Assembly: GCF_006345805.1 (NCBI RefSeq)
Contig: NC_043001.1
Coordinates: forward strand, 125,488,001 to 125,552,000
Reading direction: 5' to 3'
From: Octopus sinensis
Taxonomy: Eukaryota
DNA length: 64,000 nucleotides
Made by a program: the position numbers and the translations under genes. Under the pieces are notes generated by a model. That model did not search any database. It worked only from the letters and a program-made list of their open reading frames with translations, and was not told the origin of the DNA. Below, one piece after another: positions 25,640 to 39,639 of this stretch. Every line of letters begins with the position of its first letter. Within the stretch, counting starts at the first letter, position 1.

Positions 25640-26235
25640 CACATAACCTATGGTGGTGTTGCTGTTTCCAAAGTTTATTTTTGTTTCTCTATTAGTAATT
25701 TTACTCGAGTATCTATCTTAAAATGAGCTGCTTGGTAGAGGTCTGTGGAGGATGACATGACAAGCCTTGACTATTGGGATCAACACAAAAAGCTCAGGCT
25801 TTGCTCCCTCCACTGCCGCTGTGAGCTCTATATCATCTGTATGATGTGGAAAATATTCCATCAACATTGCCCTTCTTTAAAATTCGTCTGAAGCTTGGCT
25901 CCAGTGCCATCCATCGAGTACAGAAATGTTCGTGTCATATCACAACACTATGACAGAACTATGTCACCTCAACTGGCCCTGCTCTCTTCAACATTGTGCC
26001 AGACACACATAAAGGAGGAAAGTGACTTCACGGCATTCAAACGATCCCTAGATGATTACCCCCAACAAATACCAGATAAACCACCAACACCCAGATATGT
26101 CTCTGAAAATAATAACCCTCTGCTTGAATGGGCTACGGTTCCCCAGAGCTGACTGTGTACCTCTTCCAGATGGTGCTATTAAATTAGACATGGCCTGAGT
26201 CAACTTCAGCCAAAACTTATCTAAGTAATCTAATC
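25640..26235 (+). mobile_element. CR1/L2-group LINE 3' end
   Basis: GPALFNIVPD..KEESDFTAFKRSLDDY.QQIPDKPPTP.YVSENNN.LLEW. Confidence 0.65.
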
Positions 26236-27229
26236 TATGCTGTAACCTTTTAATCAAAGCATGACAATGTGGGTAGAGGCTGATATCTTAACATTTCTCA
26301 TGGTCTTAAGTATAAGAAAATTTATTAAAGATTTATATAGAACTACATTCAGAGTATGTCTAAAAGCTATTGTGTTTAGACCTGGTTTCTATCCCCAAAC
26401 TGTTCTGTTTTGTTGATGCATTTTTTTTTTTAATAAAGCACAAAATTAGAAAAATCAAAAATCTGTAACAATTTCGGTCCCATGAGTATCGGATAATGGA
26501 TTTCTAACTGTGTAAAGAAACTGATTGTGGTGATCGTAGTTTATTTATAACAGTCAAACCATTCCCTACTGTATTTACAATAGGGACAATTTACTTTAAC
26601 TCCTAAGTCTTCAGACAATGCACTTCAAATAAAGATTGAGTAGCTGTTTATTCTTTTAATGAAACTGTGAAGATTGCCTTCTTTATGGGGCAGGGTTGTG
26701 AAATCTCTTTGTAAAACAGTCTGGTACAAATGTTATAGATCATCTAGTGATAAGTACCAAATCCATTCATAAAGTTTTCGTCAGCATGGGTTTACAGTGG
26801 GAAGAATTTGCCGAAGGTGCTGCACAGTTGTACTGAACCCAAGATCACATGGTTAGGAAGTAGCAAGCTTCTTACCAAACAGCCCTGTTGCGTTGTGGAA
26901 AAGGTTCCTATTTTACCTTACGTTTTGAAGGTCATCCATTAGTTTTCGGGAGCAGTATCCTGATTTAGTCAGAGGTAACCATTGTTGTAGAACAAGAAGT
27001 AAGATCCAAATAATCTGACACCTTGAACAGGTTTTCATACATCACTTGAAAATATTTCACTTACACTTCAAATTTCCTTGAGAAATGTATAAATGCCACA
27101 ACATCCCTAATTCACTTTGTGATAGCATAAAACAGAGAGATGTGAATGAGAAACCAAATCAATTTTTGTCTAAAGAAAGTCTGTAGATTAATTTAGTAGT
27201 CTAACAATGATCGACATTCCTACATAATG

Positions 27230-27860
27230 AAATGTTGCTTAGTAATCAGTAACCAGATATTAACAACAAGAACAAATGAGGAGGAGGAGGAGGAGGAAAA
27301 ATTTATAAGAAAAACATATGAGGCACCAACAAAGAACTAAATTTGAACTCTGACACGATATTATACAAAATGAACTATGAAAAAACCAGATACATAATTA
27401 CACCAGTTTGATAATTCTATCTTTAAGAATAATCAAGAACGTCTTAAAGATATAAATGCAAACTAACAAAAATACAAAACCTTCCCAAACATTGATTTTG
27501 AATGACAAATTACTGTTAATGATATGCTACAAAAACAGCAAATTAGTTAATCTCATTTACGAAAATAACACTAAAAATTACAACACACGCAAAACAGCAG
27601 CATGTAAACTTTGACAAGCGAAGCCAGTGTCATTTACAGAATTACATACACACAAGACAGTTTTACACATCTTAATCATTCATCCTTTGGGAAAACATAC
27701 ACTAGTCTAAGTAGATACTTAACTATGCACATTCTCAGAGTAGTACTTTTTCTATATGTCGTTAACAAATACACAAGTGTAAACTCAACTGGAAGATTAG
27801 AGAAAATTATATTGATTGAAGAACTCTTATCACATTATTTGCTCAACTGGGTTTGATCTG
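27230..27860 (+). mobile_element. Degenerate Penelope-like element ORF C-terminus (GIY-YIG endonuclease relic)
   Basis: Frame 27611-27856 gives VIYRITYT...FGKTYTSLSRYLTMH, resembling the PLE GIY-YIG motif V(I/V)Y.F.C...YIG.T.T.LSRRLTMH. Upstream fragments are KNQIHNY and ICYKNSKLVNLIYENN. Stops and frameshifts are present. Confidence 0.55.
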
Positions 27861-28075
27861 TTTGGTTCACAGCCAAAGAAGCTTCTGTGCAGTTGCTCAA
27901 CTTGTTAAAAAAAGCAGCCAACTCTCCCTCAAATCACACTCCATCAATCTTAAAAATGGTCATGTTGGTTAACATACTCTTAGTGATATTATGTCTGTAG
28001 AAAAAAAGAAAAGGTGGAATATCCTTTGATTATTGATCTACTGGATCTGGACTAACCTGACCTAAACAACAACAG
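27845..28075 (+). mobile_element. Dispersed repeat family F (also 29480-29660, 33380-33590, 57245-57330, inverted 15380-15600)
   Basis: Shared TGCTAGAAATAGCAGCCAAATCTCCCTCAAATCACAC-like motif. Confidence 0.55.
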
Positions 28076-28374
28076 TCAAACTACTCTATACTGTATTTAC
28101 AATAGGGACAATTTACTTTAACCTCTAAATCTTCAGATAATGTACTTCAAATAAAGATTGAGTGGCTGCAAAGAGTGGGGTTTTTTTTGTTTATTTTTTG
28201 TTATGAAACTGTGAAGATTGTTATTTTCATGGGATGGAGTTGTGAAATCTCTTAGTAAAACACTCGGGTGTATATGCTATAGATCATCTAGTAATTAGTA
28301 CTAAATTTTGACTTTTTAAGCTTACTTACCCTTGCCTTGCAAGGCAGAGATGAAAATTAGTGTTGCAAAGATTG

Positions 28375-28910
28375 AGACATTGGTCCTCTCAAGAGAGTTC
28401 AGAGGCTGAATTGGTTGGTAGAATTCCATATGCTAGTACACTAATGTGTCACTCTAGTATTCGAGTCTCAGAAGAGGAAAGGTTGGTGGAAAAAGCCAAA
28501 CTCACTATCTTCAATTTGGTTTTCATGGCTACCCTCAATGTTGAGTACTGAGCAAAAGAGTACAGTCACGTGCTGAAATGGAATTCCTCTAAGAGAATCT
28601 CTGGAGTAACATTACGCAGCAGGGTACAGAGCTCATAAATCAGAGACTCTTTCGAAGTTGGGTTACTACTTCACCACATTGAGAGGTCACAGCTCTGGTA
28701 AGATGGACATGTGATTAGAATGTCATAGGAAAGAATCACAAGACAGATTCTTCAAGCTTAGTCAGCCAGCAGAAGACCTAAGAGTAAACCATGAATGAGA
28801 TGGTTGGAAAATATCCATAATCTCAGTTGGCCATGCTTGGGAACCCAACCAGAAAGAGTAATGACAGTTGCTTTTGATAGAACCCCATGGAGGGTACCTG
28901 AGGACTCTAC
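28375..28910 (+). mobile_element. Degenerate RTE-clade LINE 3' ORF end
   Basis: AEMEF..RISGVTLRSRV..., HIERSQL.W.GHVIRM, RRP..KP.MRWLENI; frameshifted. Confidence 0.75.
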
Positions 28911-29685
28911 ACCAATAATCCTCCCAGGTATAGTGGGCAGAGAAAATGATAGATTGGAAGTTTACTTATGATAATGTTTCTTTTTTCTGGGGTTTGAGCA
29001 ATTTATTTCTCATTCACTTTTGCTTAATGAGTCACTAGGGTTACCTGCAATACCTACTTTTTTTTTCTTTTGTTTTTCTTTTTGCATGTCTATTCAATCA
29101 AATTTGTATCAACCCAAGTTTTGGACAATGCCACACTGAAAGGGTTAATGTAAATGACCGGCCTAAGAATCTCATTTTATTTTTCTCCTTCAAAGAATCT
29201 GATCTCTGGAAAAGTCAAATGAAAATGTTGTTTCTACACTTGACTACTGTTGATCTTTAAACACTCCATTGCTGATCATAATTCTCATTTTTGCCATTTC
29301 TTGTCAGAAGACCTTATATGCCAAAGTTATATTTCACTACATTTTTATCACAATAATCATTTTGTTCCACTATTTTACATTCATTTTTCTGTGCTTTCAT
29401 GGATGTGATTTTCTTTCTTATTTTTTTTTTTAGTGTTTTTACAGTTGTATACCATTCCTACTGTTAACTACTCAACCATGAGATTAGATAAGCCAGTGAG
29501 GGAGCCTGTGTGTGGTCACTTGATATGCTAGAAATAGCCATGAAATCTCCCTCAAGTTACACACTTTTGTCTAAAAAAGCAGGAAGGATAGATACTCCAT
29601 TAAAATTATGATGGTCTTTAACCATAGGCTTGCTTACTTAGGATTTGACTTGGAGTTAAACATCAAGAACAGCCATAGGACAGAT

Positions 29686-29904
29686 CAGTGGTTTTCAACC
29701 AGGGTTCCACGGAACCTTAGGGTTCCGCCAGTACAGTCCAGGGGTTCTGCAAGAATTTACAAAACTGCTAAAATCGGCAGTAATTTTTAATTCTCCTGTG
29801 CAGATATGTGTGCATAAGACTATTAAATTATTGTACAGGGGTTCTTTGAGCCAGTGGAATGTTTCCTTGGGGTTCCGCTCCAGCAAAAAGTTTGAAAAGC
29901 ACTG
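29686..29904. mobile_element. hAT (Charlie-like) MITE
   Basis: TIRs CAGTGGTTTTCAAC / TTTGAAAAGCACTG. The 8-bp flanks GGACAGAT and ATATAGAT form an imperfect TSD. Confidence 0.75.
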
Positions 29905-32900
29905 ATATAGATGCTGGAATCAGTTTTGTAGCTAGAAAAGCGGAGCAGGTAGAGTTGTGTTCATTTTTTCAGCGCAATACAATGGTTGTAGTAGTTGATG
30001 ATGTCATACAAATTCATAAACTTTCAGAGAATGTGAAATTGTTCTTTTTTGGAACAGTGAAATTCAAAGCAGATAGAGCTGTATATCATAGTGTATAAAT
30101 AGTGGGTTAAAAAATGATCCTTAATATAGAAAAAGTCAAAGCTGCCTGTGGGACAGCACACCACATCTTTTATAAACATGACAAATGTTCTACCATTGAT
30201 AGAATGCCCAATATCACAACCATGGACATGAAATTTTTTTCCAAAGAGAGTTCCAAACTCCAGTTATGAACTCATTTGCATACAGCCAATCAGAGCTCAA
30301 CTATCAAACTAGTGTCCACCTAGTTACAAAAATACTTTGGTTGAGTTCAGTAGAAACTGTGCATTATAGCAAAATCTAACTGTTCTAGACAGATTAACGG
30401 GGATGACAGATTGAAATTTAGTATATAAAGTGAATGGAAAGCTGCTCTCCAATCTTGCCATAAGTGTTGCCAATTTGCGTAATTTACTAGAAAAAATGTA
30501 AATAAGTGTAGTTTCCTAATTTTTTTACTGATTTTGTACATTCCTAATTTAAAATATTGGTGTTGATCTCAAAACATTGTAATCAATATGGCATTGTGTT
30601 GTGCTGTGCCCTCCTAGCATATATCAATGGGTACATGCAGTATCACTAATCTCAGTCTGAGCATAGGTACCTAATGTTAGCTCCATATAGAGATGGTACT
30701 CAATTGATCTATGTGGATGGTTGTTGGGGATGTGCTTATGTGAAACCTGCTATGCTCTGCTCACAAAGTGGCATACACCATTCTATACCTAACAGGCTGT
30801 ACTGTAGTAGTACACCGTATGTGGATTTTCAAGGTGAGCTCTGTATGCAAATGAGTTCATTAGTGGGGTCCTGAACTCTCGTGGGAAAAAAATTTTGCAG
30901 CCAGGACATGCTTACATGTCTTTCATGTATGATAGTGATGCTCATTTACAATCATAACATGATTTCAAGACAAGGATACACATAAGTGCACACACATACA
31001 TATACATAAATACACACATGAACACAAACATATATATATATATCACCATGATCACCGTGACCGACCAGGCTATCAAATGTTTCTACACATCGCTGGTCAC
31101 AATGCGTTTCGCATTGTTTTAGCTGGTGTGTTTATGTCCCCGTTACTTAGTGGTTCGGCAAAAGGGACCGATAGAATAAGTACTGGGCTTACAAAAGAAT
31201 AAGTCCTGGGGGTCGAGTTGCTCGATTAAAGGCGGTGCTCCAACATGGCCACAATCAAATGACTGAAACAAGTAAAAGAGTAGAAAGATATATATATATA
31301 TATATAACTTCTATTTTAATGTCTCCAAAAAGATGAAAAGCAGAGTGACCTCATTGGAATTTAAACTCAGAATGTAAAGACAGGCACAAATGCAGCTAAA
31401 CATTCATAATGATAATGATAATTGTTGTTTTTTTTTATTAGCCATGTTGTTTCTTTAAGGGCTCATATATACAAAAATTTGAAAATTCTCGCACACACAC
31501 ACACAATCATGTATGCACACACACACTCACTCACAAACACACACACACAAACATATATATACACTCCCTCTCTCTCTTTCGGAGAGGCACTGAGCAGCTA
31601 TACGCACGCATACACACACACGGCAGTAACTTCCGCCTACCGAATTCAATCACAAAGCTTCGGTCGGCTCGGGGCTATAGTGGAAAACACCTACCCAAAG
31701 TGCCACACAGTGGGACTGAACCCGAAACCATGTAGCTAGGAAGCAAGCTCCCTAACCACACAGCCATGCCCATGTAAAAGAAACAGATGGAGTTAAAACA
31801 TGAAACTATACATTTAAATAGGTTAAAACCTTAGTATACACAACAAATATATATAATTATGACTAAGAGCAACCCACCCATCCAAGAGCAAGATGCCACA
31901 ACTTAGGGTAGAATCAGTGTACTCCATGACTTACTACCTTCTACTTTAGTCACTTTTTGCAAATTGAGTTCTCCAAAATTATCCCCTGAGCAGTTTTAGC
32001 CTTAGTTGAGCCATGATGTCCCCCACAACTATGAAACATAATCCCTTAATGTTCAGTAGTGCTCTGCTCCTTGACCTACTCTTCATAAAATCAACCATCT
32101 ATCATCTAGAATTGTTTTGGTACTCCTGCCTCCTCACCAACCATTTCCACCTCACTCACCACAGTATCTGATACATCCTTTTTTAGATCAATAATAAAAT
32201 GGTAAAGACCCCACTTTGGTCATCAATGACCATGAGATTGCACCTAGAAAATTACCCTCTGAGGCACAAGTCCAAGCAAGGTTGTTTATGAAAGACCAGC
32301 AGTCGCCCATGCATACCACCCTCCCTTCTCCACACCACTGATGTTAACCAAGGGAAGGGCAAAGGCTGCTACAGCTTGGCACTCTTTCTATAGTGATGTT
32401 GCAACTCATTTCTATAGTTGTGTGAATGGGAACGACGTGAATTAAAGTGTCTTGCTCAAGAACACAACACACAGCTCAGTTCAGGAATTGAACTCATTAC
32501 CACATGATTGTGAGCCTGATGCTCTAGCCACTGAGCCATGTACCCTTTTAGATCAATTATTGAGGCTTTTTTTTCTTTGATCATCCTTGGCGATGGGCTG
32601 CACTTTGTGAGAGACTTCCAGCTTCTTTCTTATCGCATAATGATACTCTTTTACCTCCCATTTCTTTTTCTTAGTGATTTCCTCTCTTTCTCTAATTTTT
32701 ACCTGCTTCCCATGTTGTAAGACAACATGATGATACTAGTATGCATAGACTCTAACTGGTTCTACATTAGGGAAGGAGACCTCTTGGCTTGTTGGTCATC
32801 ATCAGATCCTAATACTGCTTCTGTTGAGGCAAACTCCTGAAAGTCTGATCAGTGATGTTCTTGTTTGATCATCAGCTTTTCCTCTTCTTCTATGCAGAAA

Positions 32901-33644
32901 GCTCTCAAGTGGCTTTATGACAACTTCTAAACCTCCTCTCTTGCACTACCATTCTAAATAATCTCTCCACTTCCTCCATGGAACACAACTCCATAATGCC
33001 TTTGTGATTTTCAGGGAGTCATTACAACCTGGTTGTCCACACAGACCCCACTCAACCACATGCAACTGTAGGTTACCCCCTGCACTCATCATATGTCTGT
33101 CACATTGCAGAATGGTGGTGACAAACCAAAGGTTAGCATTATGCCAATATCTCAGGCCTTGAGCCTAATCTTTCTGAGATACCTGATCAGTGCTACTGGC
33201 CACATGTCTTGCACCAGTTCTGTGTTTGCTTTGCTTTATCCTCAGTCTTAAAAACCACACATGCTTCCATGTTTTTTCAGTCAATGGAGCACATCCTGTC
33301 ACACAGAGATCAAGGCTTCTTCTAACTCCTTTTATAGACATACGTCACTTTCCTCCTTGCCATTTCTTTTCTTACTTCTCATTTACAGACAAGCCAATGA
33401 CAAGGCTTCTACATTGTTGCATGACATGCTAGAAATAGCAACCAAACCTCCTTTAAATCATTTTTTATCATCTCAAAAATGGAAGGGCGTATTGGATAGG
33501 TAAATTATGTAATTTAAGCTGCACAATCTCTGAAAAAGATGACTGAGTAACAGCTGGAGTGTTGTTTGATCATAGGTCTGCTTGATCACTTACTGAAATG
33601 ATGAAAACAAACAGATTTGTTCCCCATATGATTTAAAATAATAA

Positions 33645-33975
33645 TAATGAAATTATTTTATACAGTGCTCAGGTGCACCACAACTTGTCAGAAAGTGCGA
33701 ATAAAGTATATGCCGTAATGTACAAATGTCTGGAAAGCGAACAATGTATGAGTCAGATACATGCTTGTGTGTGTATGGAGGGGAGAAAATCAGGTGTAGT
33801 GTTGGCGAATCTCAGAAAGCATGGAAGTTTTGAAGGATGCAGTGCTCCGACAACTAACAACTGATGCCAGCAGTTTGTTTCATGCTTCAGCAACTCTCAG
33901 CGTGAAAAAATGTTTCCTAAAGTCATAGGAGCTGTGCTGTTTTCTGACTTTGTAAATGTGTCCACGGGTGTTAGA
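33645..33975 (-). mobile_element. CR1-clade LINE 3' end
   Basis: RGHIYKVRKQHSSYDFRKHFFTLRVAEA*NKL.ASVVSC.STASFK. Confidence 0.75.
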
Positions 33976-35329
33976 CGGGTGGAGTTTGAAAAGGGTTAGG
34001 GTTAGAATTTAAGATAGCAAGGGTTTGAATTTAAAATGGCAAGCTGTCATATTTAATATACTCAACAGCATCCCCCCATGCACACATACACACACACTTC
34101 ACTGTTTACACACCAAAAAAATAATTACTGGTTGGGATAATTGAATTGCTTAAAACATAGCTTTGTTTTTGAAGATAATTGCTTCTCAGGCAAAAATCCT
34201 AAATGTTTTATCCTGACTTAAGCACTTAATGTTTGAAATTTTGTGTGAATGATTTCATTCTCACCACTACCCACCATGCCTGTTCCTGCTTCACCCAGCC
34301 CTGTGAACTTGAGATAGATTTTATAATCGTTCATAATATCAATCAGTTATCTAACTCAAGCTAGGGTTTTTATGCAGCCAATAATCACTTTGCAGATTTA
34401 TCCTTAAATATCATAAGCTGAACTTATCCGTTTATGATAGATTAATAGATTTAGGTTACAAGGAATTCATTACCACATGCAAAAATTTCAACATCTTTAT
34501 TTATATATTTATTTTCATATTTATTTATATTTTATAGATTGCTATTTTGTTTTAGAAATTTTTTTTTTCTTTGTTAGTTAATACAAAAATCTCTTGGACA
34601 TGTTTTACATAAAACTAAGTAGTTATTTTAAGATCACTGCTATAAATAGCTATTTATCTATCTATATATACCTGCATGTATATATGTGTGTGTGTGAGAG
34701 CGAGAGAGAAATTGACTTCATGCACTTAGTTCAAATCAATTCAGCCAAACATCAAATGTCCACATCTCTTTATCTATTTCAAACTCATGATACTCATCAA
34801 AGGATGATTACTCTTATTGATCTCAAGTGGTTGACCTAATCACCTGTTTTAAAATCACCCTCTAGACATTGAGTACCTGTATCCAAGTCCAGTATACTGC
34901 AAGTATTTGAAGTGGGTCTCTAATCTTACAATGACTTGATATTTTGATACACTGTAATCCAATGGTCACAGTTTCTTTGTCCATCTCATATGTTCAGCAA
35001 AGATTATGGATGCTGCTCATCTTCTTTTTAACTGAACCATAAGGAAAAAAGATAAAGCAATTGGTCTTGTTTTTAATAAGCATATCATCATTTTCATTAT
35101 CGTTGTTTTAACAGTTTTTTTTCTGTATTTGCATGGGGTGAATGGAATTTGTTGAGATGGATTCTTTTACAGCTGGATGCCTTTCCTGTTCACCAACCCT
35201 TATTTGTGTTTAAGTAAATAATTCTCCACATACAGACGTTTTCATGGAAGAATGGAAATGATGGACATTCACTTGCATGACAGTGACACTCATTTAATGC
35301 TGACACACCATTTTAAAAGAAGGTGACAG

Positions 35330-35399
<70 letters not shown>

Positions 35400-36035
35400 A
35401 CGCACACACACATGCACACACACATTTATACACAATGACCTTCTTTCAGTTTCAATCTACCACATTCATTCATGAAGCTTTGGTCAGCTCAAGGCTACAA
35501 TAGAATACTTTCCCAAGGTGCCACACACTGGGGTTGAACCCAAAACCGTGTGGTTGGGAAGCAAACGTCTTACCATACAGTGATATCTGTGCCTTATATT
35601 TATATAGAAAGGTGAATGAAATTGAATAAAGTTCACGCTTTTCCGAAAAGTATTTCAGACATAGATGTGGTGAAATAGCTACAACAAAAAAAATCAATTT
35701 TAAATTATACACTTGTCTTTCTGAAAGCTTATCGTCGTACTATGATGAGTTAAAATTTTGGCTAAAGACCAAGAATTTTAAGGGAGAGAATAATTCCTTT
35801 ACATCAGCCCCAGTATTCAACTGGTACTTTTGTTTTATCAACTTTGAAGGAATGAAAAGCAAAGTCAGCCTTGACAGAATTTGAACCCAGAATGTAAAAA
35901 GCTAGTAGAAACACTACACTTTGTCAGATGTGCCAACAATTCTACCATCTCAGCACCTTTGTCTGTTCTATAATACTGACTAGAAACTTAGTGTACAAGC
36001 AGCACAGTTATGTTCTTAGCTGTTAGGATTATGTG

Positions 36036-36421
36036 TGAAGCACTCCGTCGGTTACGACGACGAGGGTTCCGGTTGATCCGAATCAACGGAACAGCCTGCT
36101 CGTGAAATTAACTTGTAAGTGGCTGAGCACTCCACAGACACATGCACCCTTAACATAGTTCTCGGGGATATTCAGCATGACACAGAGAGTGACAAGGCCG
36201 GCCCCTTGAAATACAGGTACAACAGAAACAGGAAGTAAGAGTGAGAGAAAGTTGTGGTGAAAGAGTACAGCAGGGATCACCACCATCCCCTGCCGGAGCC
36301 TTGTGGAGCTTTTAGGTGTTTTCGCTCAATAAACACTCACAACGCCCAGTCTGGGAATCGAAACCGCGATCCTACGACCGCGAGTCCGCTGCCCTAACCA
36401 CTGGGCCATTGCGCCTCCACC
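36036..36421 (-). mobile_element. SINE family D (tRNA-Arg-like head), full length, 13-bp TSD
   Basis: Head GGCGCAATGGCCCAGTGGTTAGGGCAGCGGACTCGCGG...GGTTTCGATTCC. TSD TTAGGATTATGTG at 36023-36035 and 36422-36434. Partial copy at 21733-21898. Confidence 0.88.
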
Positions 36422-36696
36422 TTAGGATTATGTGCATAAAGTACTTCATACAAACAAAAGTGGTCTGTGTATGTCTCATTGCAAACATTGTATTGTACTC
36501 TGTATTGTAGAAGAAACTTTATTTCACCCTGTGGTTTCATACGAAATATTCTTCCTTGCAATGTTTTGTTCTTACGACAATGTTGTACATATATCTTCTT
36601 GTTGAAATTTTCTCTCTTATGTGCCATTTACTGCATAACTCTGTACCAACTGTCTTCCACTTTATAATTAGAAATTTTGTATTAGAAAATCAGCTG

Positions 36697-36727
<31 letters not shown>

Positions 36728-37743
36728 CATGTGTGTGTGCATGTGTGTGTGTGTGTGTGTGTGCATGTGTGATAACAAACACTAATAAGAAAACGAGAAG
36801 GTAGTGAGAAGCAGGTAATATGCAACAGAAGAAAGAATGTTGACTAATGAGAGACAAAAAGGAAGGAAAGAAAGAAAGAAAGAAAGAAAGGAAGAAAGAA
36901 AGAAAGAAAGAAAGGAGCAACAGTTGCCAAGAAGAGGCAGCTGGTGAAAGAAAGGAAGAATTAGAGATGCACAGTAAAACAAAGAGGCCGGAAGAAAGAA
37001 GCTGAACAACAAGATGACTACGAGAGACGGATGACATAGAGGATGTATTGCCTTATGTACCTCTGGGTTGATAAACTAAACACAAGTTACACGAGTACAT
37101 AGATTCATTAACCATAACTCTCCTTTTATATAAATAAAAACGAAAAGAAAAGGCAATTCTGTTTTAGACTTGGAATTTTTCTAGCAAATTCGAAATGCTA
37201 TGCAGTTTGCGAATTTGGTTTTTTTTTTCTTTTTTGTTTGTTTTTGTTTTTTTTGTGTTTTTTTTTTTTTTTTTTACTGCTCATAGGCAAAGTCTGTAAA
37301 TGTCAACTTGTTCATATTTGCTCTCTTTTATCATAGAAGTGCATTTCAAATTTGATATTCTTCCAATATTCATCAAGTCTCGTCTTGATGTGGTTTACTT
37401 GGCTTTATAACTCCTCTGTCTCCCTTGGTAACCGCTTCCAGTTTCTATGGAACCTGTTCAAGATTTTGCTGTCTCGTTAGCTGACTGCTATACTTCTTGA
37501 ATAATTTAGATGAAAAAAACCTCTCTTGTTATTCTATAAACATGTGTCGTGTCTTTCATTCTCGTTTATAGCTTTGAAAGCAAATCAAACACACACTAAG
37601 TCTTTACTCCATGCAGCAGGTGATACTTTTGAAGTATTTTCTTTTAGATTTCCAGTTATGAATGTTAAAGAATTAGCATGATTTGTACTGCAGTTAATCC
37701 TCTTCCTTATACTATTTGGTTTTGGTTTTGACTTGTGTGAGTT

Positions 37744-38063
37744 AATACATGACATATGATGATCTGTTTACAGTTTACTAATTCTTCAAGATAACATGTA
37801 GCTGTCTCTAACCAGTAGTATTGGTCAGATTTGTCCAAATATTATAATTTTTCTTTTTCAAAAACACCTCCGTTTATAGCATTGCATCCATAAATTATTC
37901 TCAAATAATACATGACATATGATGATCTGTTTACTAATTCTTCAAGATAACATGTAGCTGTCTCTAACCAGTATGGTCAGATTTGTCCAAATATTATATT
38001 GTAATTTTTCTTTTTCAAAAACACCTCCTGTTTATAGCATTGCATCCATAAATTATTCTCAAA
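37744..38063 (+). repeat. About 160-bp tandem duplication
   Basis: AATACATGACATATGATGATCTG...ATTCTCAAAT twice; the differences are indels. Confidence 0.9.
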
Positions 38064-38254
38064 TCTATACCATCAAATTACTTATTGCAAATATCAACAC
38101 TATCAAATGCAAATACATACATACATACTTACTTACATATATATGTGTGTGAGTGTGTATGTGCATGTGTGTGTGTATAAACATATACGAAATATATGTC
38201 TGTGTGTGTATTATATATATGTTATGTATGTAAATATATATATGTTACATCATA

Positions 38255-38900
38255 GTACCAACTAGACGATCAGATGCTGTTGCACACCACTGGTCACAAT
38301 TCACTTCCAATTTTGTCTTGATTGCACAATTCTTTTCCATCTTGACCTAAATTACTTGACCAAATTGTCTTTCTATTGTTGTGGAGATCTTCCAAGTGGC
38401 CTTTTCTGATCTCTTGACTACTAGTCAGCAACTGCTCGGGTCACCTGTTGTCTATGAACTTTGGGACTTGTCTGGCTCAGCAGAACTTGTATGTTTAGTA
38501 CTCTGCAATCACATTGTTCCCTCTGCTCCATTCTCAAATTATCTCACTTCAAATGTGCTCTTTTAGTGATATTCTTAGCAGGGATCTTCCCCTGGTTCTT
38601 TGCATTGTAGTCAATCAATGTTCTATCCTGTTTGTAGTAGCTCACATCTCACTCACATATAAGAGTGCAGGTAGAACAGTGTGCTATTGAAGAGTTTGAC
38701 ATGTATGGCATTGTATAGATTTGTTTGGAGCATATTTCTTGATTTAAATGCCTCCCAACATGCCCTTGTTCTCTTTGAGATTTTAGCATCCATATCTCAG
38801 TGCATATTCACTGTGGTCTCTGGTCTTAACCTGTCTATTCCGTTTTGTTTTTCTGATAGAAAGATAAGGATATGCAGAGAAGAACAGGTGGCCATTAAAA
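38255..38900 (-). mobile_element. Degenerate RTE-clade LINE 3' end
   Basis: KLFNSTVLPALLYVSE, RISLKEHI, KRPLGRSPQ, RWKRIVQSRQNWK. The tail TGTGACCAG..GTG..ACA.CATCTGAT matches the short copies at 4270-4390 and 31040-31105. Confidence 0.7.
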
Positions 38901-39027
38901 AGTTCACAGAACATGGGACAGAAAAACTCTGACAAGTAACGTAGTAATAATGATAAGGCTAAAGTGAAGATCAAATGAAGAGTAAAATGACCATCTTCAA
39001 ATATAACAGAATTTGTATCTTATATAT

Positions 39028-39062
<35 letters not shown>

Positions 39063-39329
39063 TTATGAGAGTGCATGACCTAGTAATTAGGGTGTCAAAA
39101 ATTTGAAATCATTATTATTAAGGCAACAAGCTTACAGAATTGTTAACATGCTGAGCAATATGCTTAGCAGCATTTCATCTGTCTTTACATTCTAAGCCCA
39201 ATTTTTTCTAAGGTTGACTTTGCCTTTCATCCTTTCAGGGTTGATAGGATAAGTACCAGTTGAGCACCAGGGTTGATGTAATTGACTTACTTCCTCCCCC
39301 AAAACTACTGAGATTGTGCCAAAATATAA

Positions 39330-39540
39330 ATAGTAATTGTCTTTGCACAGCTTCTAATGCTGGAGATGTACTATGGTGCCAGCTGTTCACTACCAGTGAA
39401 CTAAGGTAACACCCCTTATTTTTCAAGCACCATCTGGAGTATTCGAGCGGTTCTGAAAGTGCTCCACTCTTATTGCAGCCCCTATTTGTTCCATGTACTT
39501 CCCAAGATTTTTACTCACTGTTCCCAGGACTCCAACAATT
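39330..39540 (-). mobile_element. 3' end of a second R4/Dong-like RLE element
   Basis: The minus strand encodes IVGVLGTVSKNLGKYMEQIG...RILQMVLEK* (with a deletion), followed by a distinct 3' UTR. Confidence 0.65.
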
Positions 39541-39639
39541 CATCAGGTGTCATGGGGAAATTTCGAACCTGGGTTCTCATTCCTAAGGTATTTTTCGATG
39601 TTGTTGTTGTTATTGTTATTATTGTTATTATTATTATTA

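Noticed and set aside
26555-28300. About 210-bp segment duplicated at 26555-26760 and 28085-28300
   Set aside because: Diverged, with no coding or structural signal; most likely fragments of an old dispersed repeat.
30255-30300. Octamer (ATTTGCAT) plus CCAAT box suggesting a promoter
   Set aside because: No associated gene or snRNA is visible; may be repeat-derived or chance.
37572-37625. Possible 48-nt exon (TTTATAG ... CAG/GTGATA)
   Set aside because: Weak donor site, no recognisable peptide, no supporting gene structure.
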